Assembly (NCBI GenBank): GCA_964450845.1
Contig: CAYVGZ010000015.1
Location: 1 to 23,225, forward strand
Length of the DNA stretch: 23,225 nucleotides
Source of the DNA: an uncultured Candidatus Bathyarchaeia archaeon
Lineage (GTDB): Archaea > Thermoproteota > Bathyarchaeia > Bathyarchaeales > Bathycorpusculaceae
Reading direction: 5' to 3'
In this document: positions 17,550-23,225 of the stretch, piece after piece
How the letters are laid out: each line of letters begins with the position of its first letter
Numbering within the stretch: the first letter of the stretch is position 1
Position numbers and translations under genes: made by a program
Notes under the pieces: model-generated
What the model was told of the DNA's origin: nothing
What the model saw: only the letters and a program-made list of their open reading frames with translations
The model's database searches: none

Positions 17550-17584
17550 AGAGATTTTTGGTAGAGGGAAATGTTTAAGTGTTT

Positions 17585-17604
17585 TGTAAACAGTACTGTT
17601 TACA
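17585..17604. promoter_or_regulatory. Perfect 20-bp palindrome, likely operator of the RHH-RelE operon
   Basis: TGTAAACAGT-ACTGTTTACA between a TATA-like TTTAAG (17574-17579) and the antitoxin start. Confidence 0.75.
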
Positions 17605-17613
17605 GTGAGTTTG

Positions 17614-17832
17614 ATGGCTCAAGTTCAGCTTAGGTTGCCTGAGAAGGTGCTTGAGGAGATAGATAGGTGGGTAGCGGAGGGGCGGTTTAAGAGTCGAAGC
17701 GACGCTGTAAGGAGTATTATTAGTTTTTATGAGGAGAGGGAGAGGACGCGCGAGTTTTTTAGGATGCTGATGAGGCGGAGTGAAGAGGCGAGGAAGCATC
17801 CCGAGGCTCTTGTTTCTTTAGAGGAGTTTTAG
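17614..17832 (+). CDS. Ribbon-helix-helix antitoxin (CopG/RelB-like)
   Basis: QVQLRLPEKVLEEIDRWV..G.FKSRSDAVR RHH pattern; tail ending LVSLEEF; stop 1 nt before the toxin start. Confidence 0.85.
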   Translation: MAQVQLRLPEKVLEEIDRWVAEGRFKSRSDAVRSIISFYEERERTREFFRMLMRRSEEARKHPEALVSLEEF

Positions 17833-17833
17833 T

Positions 17834-18103
17834 TTGGTTTTTAGCGTGGTTTTGCATTCGAAGGCGGCTAAGGCTTTGGAGAGGATTGAAGAGCCTGTCA
17901 GGTTGAGGATTGTTGAAAGGTTGAGGGAGCTGAGAGTTGGTCCTGAGAGGGTTGGGAAGCGTTTGAGGTTTTCTGATTTTTGGAGTTTGAGGGTGGGTGA
18001 TTATCGGGCTATTTATGAGATTTACAGAGACGAAAGTAGGGTGGTTGTATTGTTTGTTGGGCATAGACGGAAAGTGTATGATGACTTCTCGAAAACGTTC
18101 TAA
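17834..18103 (+). CDS. relE: RelE/ParE family toxin (mRNA interferase)
   Basis: FSVVLHSKAAKAL...WSLRVGDYRAIYEI...VVVLFVGHRRKVY; GAGGAG RBS within the antitoxin gene. Confidence 0.9.
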   Translation: MVFSVVLHSKAAKALERIEEPVRLRIVERLRELRVGPERVGKRLRFSDFWSLRVGDYRAIYEIYRDESRVVVLFVGHRRKVYDDFSKTF

Positions 18104-18107
18104 ATGG

Positions 18108-18212
18108 TTATTTTTTCTGTTTTTTGGATCCGCTGTTTAGTTCGCCGAAAACTTGATCGTGTTTCCTAAGGACTTCGTTGAATACTTTCATTTGGATCTT
18201 TTTGTTTGCCAT
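18108..18212 (-). CDS. Possible 34-aa basic small ORF
   Basis: Hand-translated MANKKIQMKVFNEVLRKHDQVFGELNSGSKKQKK*; fills the gap and converges on relE; TATA-like sequences upstream; no clear RBS. Confidence 0.3.
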   Translation of the reverse strand: MANKKIQMKVFNEVLRKHDQVFGELNSGSKKQKK

Positions 18213-18330
18213 GTTTTAGCCACGTTTCGATTTTGTCAATGTTATAGTATAAGACGTTTTTAATAAACCTAAAATTTTGGGGGAATGTTTCTTAAGGCTC
18301 TGCTGTGCATATCGTATTGTTTAGTGGTGC

Positions 18331-18549
18331 GTGTTTGGCGTGGAGTTAGATGAGGTGCGTTGGTTGCGGTTGGGGCGGCTTAAGCCAGAGGAGAAAGTGA
18401 ACATGGCGTTGGACATGTCAGATGCTGTTGTTCGCATATGTGCGGAGGGCATTAAGGCGCAGAACCCAGGCATAACGGAAAAAGAGCTAATTGAGAAGTT
18501 GAGGGAAAGGATAGAATGGAGCAAAAGATGGCGAAAGCGTGGTGTTTAG
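18331..18549 (+). CDS. Small helical protein, MenA1-like antitoxin candidate
   Basis: EEKVNMALDMSDAV...AQNPGITEKEL resembles M. tuberculosis MenA1 (QKLRLALDM...RERPNAD, recalled); abuts the nucleotidyltransferase gene. Start could be GTG 18340. Confidence 0.7.
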   Translation: MFGVELDEVRWLRLGRLKPEEKVNMALDMSDAVVRICAEGIKAQNPGITEKELIEKLRERIEWSKRWRKRGV

Positions 18550-18550
18550 G

Positions 18551-19105
18551 GTGTTGGAAGTTTTTTATGATGTTGTTAAGCGTATTGTGAAGAGTTTTGA
18601 AAAGATGGAAATTGATTATGTGTTTACTGGTGCTTTGGCTGTGAGTTTTTATGGTGTTCCGCGGACTACAGTGGATGTTGATGTTGTTGTTGCGGTTGCT
18701 GAAGTGAAGCAGAGGGTTAGGCTTGTTGAGGCTTTGAAGCTTGCCGGGCTGGTTGTGAGTGAGAGGGAGGTTGATAGGGCGCTGGAGTCTGGTTATAGGA
18801 TAGCTACGTTTAGGGACGGCAAAACGGCGTATAGCGTTGATGTGATATTTTCGGATGGGAAGCTTGTGAAGAGGGCTGGAACGGTTGCGGGATTGCCCTG
18901 CTTTTATCAGACGCCTGAAGAACTGATTTTGGCGAAGCTACGGATGATTAAGGCGACTGTGCCGCGTGAAAGAGGGTTAAAGGATGAGGAGGATGTAAAA
19001 GCGATTTTGAAATTCACAAGGGTTAACATTAGAGCTGTTAAAGAAAAAGCAAGGAAGGACGGCACGCTTGCTATTTTTGAGGAAATAATGAAGAAGAAAG
19101 AATGA
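18551..19105 (+). CDS. Nucleotidyltransferase, MenT1/DUF1814-DUF6036-like toxin candidate
   Basis: GALAVSFYGVPRTTVDVD (DxD), VDVIF, LILAKL (Lys), KDEED (Asp). The ORF track starts at 18539; GTG 18551 just after the upstream stop is more plausible. Confidence 0.8.
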   Translation: MLEVFYDVVKRIVKSFEKMEIDYVFTGALAVSFYGVPRTTVDVDVVVAVAEVKQRVRLVEALKLAGLVVSEREVDRALESGYRIATFRDGKTAYSVDVIFSDGKLVKRAGTVAGLPCFYQTPEELILAKLRMIKATVPRERGLKDEEDVKAILKFTRVNIRAVKEKARKDGTLAIFEEIMKKKE

Positions 19106-19260
19106 AGAATGGAGAGTCTATTGATTTGCAATTAAAACTGAGTGACACTCAAGCGCTGGGGGCTTCCTTAGCTGTGGGCACTCTCACTGATATTGCTGTG
19201 CGAATGAAAATTCTGAATGATAGATGGATAAGTGCAATTAATAATCGTCTACTGAAATGA
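19102..19260 (+). CDS. Possible 52-aa ORF coupled to the nucleotidyltransferase gene
   Basis: ATGA overlap at 19102-19105; MKNGESIDLQLKLSDTQALGASLAVGTLTDIAVRMKILNDRWISAINNRLLK*; no recognised motif. Confidence 0.25.
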   Translation: MKNGESIDLQLKLSDTQALGASLAVGTLTDIAVRMKILNDRWISAINNRLLK

Positions 19261-19553
19261 GCGCACGCGATTTTCCAGAAGCTTGCTTATTGAATTAGAA
19301 GATGTAAGCGACTGCTACAAGCTCTCTTGAAAATGTGTGAACTTGAGGGGTAGTATCGAAAGTGTCAAACCTTACTATTCTTAGTTTCCATGTTTGTTTT
19401 TCGTTTCGTAGTATTGAGCTGGTAATGTTGCTTCTTCGTTAATCCATGTTCCAACGGCTATTCTCTTTCCATATGTCCATCTGGTTCATCGTTTGCTAAG
19501 CTTACACACCGACGAAACAACAAGGCACTTCTTCTTTTTTGTTGTTATGGGCA

Positions 19554-20375
19554 TTAGGTTTGGTGGAGCACTTTTTCAACGTAGTATTTTGATATAAGCT
19601 CTGTTGTTAATCCTGTCTCCTCCCTAATTTTAGGCAACAATCCACACCACAATTCTCTCACAGCCCCAAGCCTTCGTTTAAAATCTTTCACTGAAAAACT
19701 CTTAACAAGCAACGCTTCACCTACAAGCCTCTTGTAGCCTACTGGCAGCCACTTTAACCCATAAGAATAAAAGATTCTCCATTTCGGCGCAGGCAAAAAC
19801 TCCCTATTCAAAGTATATATCACCCTAACTAACAATTCAATAGCATAATTCAGACAGTAATGTGCAGAAACTAAATCGCCCCTCTCAACCCAACACTCAG
19901 CAACAGTACCCACATCCTTCTTCGGCGGACAGCAATACCATTTAAGATACTCACCACAAATCACAATACGCTTAACCCAAAAACCCTTGCTAACCCTAAA
20001 CTTCTCCCAAAACACCTTCTTTACCTCGCCTTTCGGGTCAAAAACAATCTCCGCCCTAGAAAACTCCCACTTATCCACCTCATCCCACTTCCACCGCCTA
20101 AAATCCGCCAGAAAATGAACCTCCAAATCTACGTCAACGCCAAGACGTCTTTGCTCATCTAACCCTAAACCACGAATTCTCCTTCTAAGCCGCTCATCCC
20201 TTCTACTCAGGAAAACTATGATGTCAACGTCTGAAAACTTGTCCGCAAAACCCCTCACCAAACCGCCAATAAACACAATCCCAGCAACACCTTCAAATGA
20301 AGAAATCTTTGAAACAAGCCCATCAGCAACCCGCCTAAACTTCCTAATCTGATTTTCTCCCTTCAACTCAACCAT
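19554..20375 (-). CDS. Pol-beta-superfamily nucleotidyltransferase with helical C-terminal domain (KNTase/DUF4037-like)
   Basis: GGLVRGFADKFSDVDI (GS-like x10 DxD); C-terminal LN.EFLP..KW motif; ATG 20375 preferred over 20453. Confidence 0.82.
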   Translation of the reverse strand: MVELKGENQIRKFRRVADGLVSKISSFEGVAGIVFIGGLVRGFADKFSDVDIIVFLSRRDERLRRRIRGLGLDEQRRLGVDVDLEVHFLADFRRWKWDEVDKWEFSRAEIVFDPKGEVKKVFWEKFRVSKGFWVKRIVICGEYLKWYCCPPKKDVGTVAECWVERGDLVSAHYCLNYAIELLVRVIYTLNREFLPAPKWRIFYSYGLKWLPVGYKRLVGEALLVKSFSVKDFKRRLGAVRELWCGLLPKIREETGLTTELISKYYVEKVLHQT

Positions 20376-20526
20376 CCTTTTCACGCAACCTTCCAATCCC
20401 ATACCAAATAACCGACTATGACATGCATAACGTGAACTATCGAGCAATTTCACAATTTATGTTTTCTGGCAAAAACAAAATCGTTATATGCTAAAAGCAA
20501 ATATGCAATTAAAAAGGTGAATCAAA

Positions 20527-20769
20527 ATGGTAGAAGCTTTTCTCCTCATCCGAGTAGGCTCAAGCGAAAGCCTAAACTTCATGAAAACAGTCAAAGAAGA
20601 AATCCGCAAAATAAAAGGCGTCAAAGAAATCTACGGAGTCTTCGGACGCCACGACCTAATCGTCAAAGTAGAAACCAAAACACTTGAAGATTTAGGCAAT
20701 CTTGTAACAGACAAAATCAGAGGCGTCAGCGGAATACAAACAACAGAAACACTAGTGATAGGCTTCTAA
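20527..20769 (+). CDS. Stand-alone Lrp/AsnC ligand-binding (RAM) domain protein
   Basis: AFLLI...GVKEIYGVFGRHDLIVKVE...L..LVTDKIR.V.GI.TTETL; no HTH; AAGGTG RBS. Confidence 0.88.
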   Translation: MVEAFLLIRVGSSESLNFMKTVKEEIRKIKGVKEIYGVFGRHDLIVKVETKTLEDLGNLVTDKIRGVSGIQTTETLVIGF

Positions 20770-20779
20770 ACACAATTTT

Positions 20780-20890
20780 TCACTCTTGTCTTCTCCAAAT
20801 GTTATATGGACATTGATTCCAACAGTAGCTTCCACCCTTAAAAATGCAGTTTTTACATTCAATCCTATCAAAAAGCCTACGCCTACTCAC
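20780..20890 (-). CDS. Unannotated 36-aa Cys-rich micro-protein (CxxC-x7-CxxxCP)
   Basis: Hand-translated from GTG 20890: MSRRRLFDRIECKNCIFKGGSYCWNQCPYNIWRRQE*; GGATGTGA (one mismatch from GGAGGTGA) 7 nt upstream; stop converges on the Lrp gene stop. Confidence 0.6.
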   Translation of the reverse strand: MSRRRLFDRIECKNCIFKGGSYCWNQCPYNIWRRQE

Positions 20891-21005
20891 AACAAGTTCA
20901 CATCCAACATTATAGAGAAACTTACACTTTTAGTTTACGCCCACAAAAATTTAGGCTCACTAAGAATTGTAAATTCATAAAGTCTTTCTACACTGAAATC
21001 CGAAT

Positions 21006-21287
21006 TTGAATCTTGAATTCAACACTGCAGGCGTGTTCCATTTGAAAGTAGAATCAATAACAGCCGTCATCCTCGCAATCTGCATATTCCTATCCTTCTA
21101 TTTCACATTCCTATCACTCCAAACACTGGACGACACCCTAAAAAAACAACTCGTAGCCCTCGCCATATACACCCTCATAACAGGAGTAATAATGCTTACT
21201 TGCCTAACAATTTCTTCAGTAATCAAAAAGGCATTTCTCAAAATGGGGGCTCAGCTAAGAAGTAAAAGAGAACCACCAGAACACTAA
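21006..21287 (+). CDS. Small two-TM membrane protein of unknown function
   Basis: Two hydrophobic stretches and a basic tail; start may be TTG 21042. Confidence 0.6.
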   Translation: MNLEFNTAGVFHLKVESITAVILAICIFLSFYFTFLSLQTLDDTLKKQLVALAIYTLITGVIMLTCLTISSVIKKAFLKMGAQLRSKREPPEH

Positions 21288-21344
21288 GAATAAACTCATT
21301 CAGCAACCAGAACAAAAAAAAGAGGGGAATTTCAGCAAAAGGAA

Positions 21345-21635
21345 TCAGCGTTTCTTTACAGAGGCAATGAACTCATCTATCGGAATCGCAGCCATGCTCA
21401 CCATTTTAATTGTTCCTCTAGCGCCAAGCTCGATAGAAACTCTAGCAATTGTTTCGTTGTCAGCAGCCTCCACAATGTTCACAAAGTCGTAAGGTCCCAA
21501 AACAGCATATTGACTTATCACCCGAACGCCGAAAGCCTGAAGCTCCTTATTGACCTCCCTTATCCTCTCAGGCTTTTCTCTGACAGTCTTCCATCCTTCA
21601 TCCGTCAAACTAGACAACAGAATATAGTAGGGCAT
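21345..21635 (-). CDS. GYD domain protein
   Basis: MPYYILLSSLTDEG...GV.VISQYAVLGPYDFVNIVEA.D family pattern; ATG 21635 preferred over 21662. Confidence 0.88.
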   Translation of the reverse strand: MPYYILLSSLTDEGWKTVREKPERIREVNKELQAFGVRVISQYAVLGPYDFVNIVEAADNETIARVSIELGARGTIKMVSMAAIPIDEFIASVKKR

Positions 21636-21719
21636 ACAAATCACTAAACACAGGTTATGCACACATTAGAATTTCAGTTTTTCGGCTAAAAACACAACAC
21701 ACACAGCTTTTTGTTGCAT

Positions 21720-22160
21720 TCACCTTTTTCGGCTTCTTTTATCGTATTCTTCCTTTTGCCTTGTCCATTCAACATGCTTTTCTAATAAGCTTTTTATTTG
21801 CTGTTCTATGAATTCATCTACGCTTAGGAATGGCATCTCCATCTCTTTTATTGCCTGTTGCAGTTTCTCATACTCTTCTTTTGGAATTTCTAAATATTCA
21901 TATCTCTCTTTCAGAAAGCGAAGCCTCCACCTGACAGCGTCCCGAATAAACTCCTCTCTTGTTGTAAAGCCCAAATGCCTATTCTCTTCTATGAAACTTT
22001 CAATTTGAACAAGAAACTCAGATGGCAATATCACAGATTGTGAAAGAAGGTTTTCTATGGCGTCCGTGTAGGTTTGCATCTTCATTGTTTGAGCTGTCAA
22101 CTCGCCAAGCAAAGCTGTGAGTCTCTGGTGGGCGTCATCAGATATTCTTAAAGTCTTCAT
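21720..22160 (-). CDS. Protein with three tandem ribbon-helix-helix-like units
   Basis: KTLRISDDAHQRL...TYTDAIENLL; SVILPSEFLVQIESFI...FTTREEFIRDAVR; YLEIPKEEYEKLQQAI...FLSVDEFIEQQI. Confidence 0.7.
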   Translation of the reverse strand: MKTLRISDDAHQRLTALLGELTAQTMKMQTYTDAIENLLSQSVILPSEFLVQIESFIEENRHLGFTTREEFIRDAVRWRLRFLKERYEYLEIPKEEYEKLQQAIKEMEMPFLSVDEFIEQQIKSLLEKHVEWTRQKEEYDKRSRKR

Positions 22161-22189
22161 TTATTCTACCCTACCTCTCCCAAGACAGG

Positions 22190-22204
22190 ACAAGTGTAAC
22201 TTGT
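22190..22204. promoter_or_regulatory. Inverted repeat ACAAGT-N3-ACTTGT, candidate operator between the divergent RHH genes
   Basis: Lies just downstream of a minus-strand CAGAAAGC-TTTATTAG BRE/TATA-like element, where the transcription start of the triple-RHH gene would be. Confidence 0.4.
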
Positions 22205-22265
22205 TGCATAAGACTAATAAAGCTTTCTGGTATACTAAATATACAAGATACACAGAGGCACCGAC

Positions 22266-22445
22266 ATGAAACACCACATAGGCTTAACAATAGACGCAAA
22301 ACTTTTCAGAGAAATCGAAGAACTACGCAAAAGAGAAAAACGCAGCACCTTCATTGAACATCTAATCCGACTCGGACTTAAAACCTACAAAATTGAAACC
22401 CAACCAGTCACGGTTAAAACATCAAATCCCCTATCTAATCGATAA
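22266..22445 (+). CDS. 59-aa ribbon-helix-helix protein (missed by the ORF track)
   Basis: Hand-translated MKHHIGLTIDAKLFREIEELRKREKRSTFIEHLIRLGLKTYK...NR*: alternating beta-strand, helix A, RS..IE.LI..GL helix B; GAGG RBS. Confidence 0.8.
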   Translation: MKHHIGLTIDAKLFREIEELRKREKRSTFIEHLIRLGLKTYKIETQPVTVKTSNPLSNR

Positions 22446-22511
22446 TACTTCTTACCCAGCCTCAGACAATCTTGGTTTTCAGTTTCACATTTTACTTGCA
22501 AACTGAAATTG

Positions 22512-22952
22512 CTATTCTATGCCCCATTTTATGGTTATTTTCACGATGAGGAAGACTACGAAGGCGACGATAATGAATGTTATCAATGCTGCCATGAAAT
22601 CTCCTACGCCGAATACTTGCCCAGCATAGTCTGCAGGCGGGTTTCCAGAGGCATCAAAGGTCGTGGGTGGAATTCCGAACTTGAGCGTTGCTAGGTTTCC
22701 TATTCCTGCACCTGAAAGTGCGAGGCCAATTATCGGCATTATGAAAACTTTGACAAGCGCCTGCACTAATGCGCCTAAGTAAACACCCATGATGAACGCC
22801 ACTGCCAAGCCCATAACCTTGTATTTTGAAATGAAATCAATAAACTCTTTCCACAACCCTTTCGGCGGAGGCGGAGCCGGTGGAGCAGGCTTAGGCTCTA
22901 ACAATGTTCGAATGCGCTTCAACTCTTCTAACATCTCATCATCTTTAGCCAA
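22512..22952 (-). CDS. mscL: Large-conductance mechanosensitive channel MscL with atypical N-terminal extension
   Basis: S1-TM1 GLWKEFIDFI.KYKVMGLAVAFIMG...LV..FIMPII; TM2 FGVGDFMAALITFIIVAFVVFLIVK; TTG 22952 behind GGGTG. Confidence 0.9.
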   Translation of the reverse strand: MAKDDEMLEELKRIRTLLEPKPAPPAPPPPKGLWKEFIDFISKYKVMGLAVAFIMGVYLGALVQALVKVFIMPIIGLALSGAGIGNLATLKFGIPPTTFDASGNPPADYAGQVFGVGDFMAALITFIIVAFVVFLIVKITIKWGIE

Positions 22953-23004
22953 TACAAACACCCAAAACAACTTTCCCTATTTCAGCTTATAAGATTTAAG
23001 ATAG

Positions 23005-23090
23005 TGGGCCGAGCCGGATTTGAACCGGCGACCTTTCGGTTTCTGCGCTTTTATCAGCCGAACGCTCCAGCCAAGCTGAGCTACCGGCCC
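23005..23090 (-). tRNA. tRNA-Ile(GAT) with 11-nt intron at 37/38 (23041-23051)
   Basis: Cloverleaf: acceptor GGGCCGG/TCGGCCC, D stem GCTC/GAGC, anticodon stem TTCGG/CCGAA, loop CT-GAT-A[AAAGCGCAGAA]A, T arm GCCGG-TTCAAAT-CCGGC; CCA not encoded. Confidence 0.95.
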
Positions 23091-23176
23091 GCCACAACAT
23101 CAACTACTATAAACCTTTTAACTATTTTTAAGGATTTTCGGAACACTTTTAATTGTTTCTTAGCTATTCTTCTTTT

Positions 23177-23225
23177 GGGCCCGTAGCCTAGTACGGATCA
23201 AGGCGCCGGCCTTCGGAGCCGGAGA
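23177..23225 (+). tRNA. tRNA-Arg(TCG), 5' part only (truncated by window end)
   Basis: GGGCCCG-TA-GCCT...AGGC-G-CCGGC-CT-TCG-GA-GCCGG; anticodon at 23213-23215; no intron at 37/38. Confidence 0.88.

Noticed and set aside
19380-19495. Minus-strand fragment TRWTYGKRIAVGTWINEEATLPAQYYE
   Set aside because: No in-frame start and no recognisable family; cannot be supported as a pseudogene without a search.
20786-20980. 64-aa plus-strand ORF
   Set aside because: No motif or RBS; antisense to the better-supported Cys-rich ORF.
17575-23090. Integrated element or provirus anchored at tRNA-Ile
   Set aside because: No integrase, replication or virion gene, and no duplicate of the tRNA 3' end was seen by eye; housekeeping-type genes are interspersed.
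23004-23186. 60-aa ORF in the track
   Set aside because: It is the antisense reading of tRNA-Ile plus the tRNA promoter spacer.
1-23225. CRISPR array, IS element or rRNA
   Set aside because: No regularly spaced short repeats, transposase motifs, terminal inverted repeats or rRNA-like sequence were seen.

Overview
Archaeal chromosomal segment. Evidence: Rpo5/RpoH, TATA/BRE-type promoters, GGAGGTG ribosome-binding sites, an intron-containing tRNA and a PEF-CTERM protein. The gene mix best fits a TACK-group archaeon, probably Bathyarchaeia (inference). In order: the 3' part of a membrane-anchored surface protein; a long two-domain rpo5 resembling eukaryotic Rpb5; a GNAT acetyltransferase; an nrdR-nrdD-nrdG operon with tandem NrdR boxes in its promoter; an MFS transporter; a secreted propeller-like protein; a ChrB-C-domain protein; a NitrOD5-NitrOD5-histidine kinase-receiver cluster whose kinase has a 343-bp perfect internal repeat; a holin-like membrane peptide; a PEF-CTERM beta-propeller; an AbrB-like protein; a membrane-anchored cyclophilin; a toxin-antitoxin/nucleotidyltransferase cluster (RHH-RelE, MenA1/MenT1-like pair, KNTase-like gene); an Lrp/AsnC ligand-binding protein; an unannotated Cys-rich micro-ORF; a GYD protein; a divergent pair of ribbon-helix-helix regulators; an MscL with rearranged helix order; and divergent tRNA-Ile(GAT, 11-nt intron) and tRNA-Arg(TCG, cut by the window end). 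No CRISPR array, transposase or integrase was seen. All family assignments come from motif recognition and recalled homologue sequences; no database search was run.
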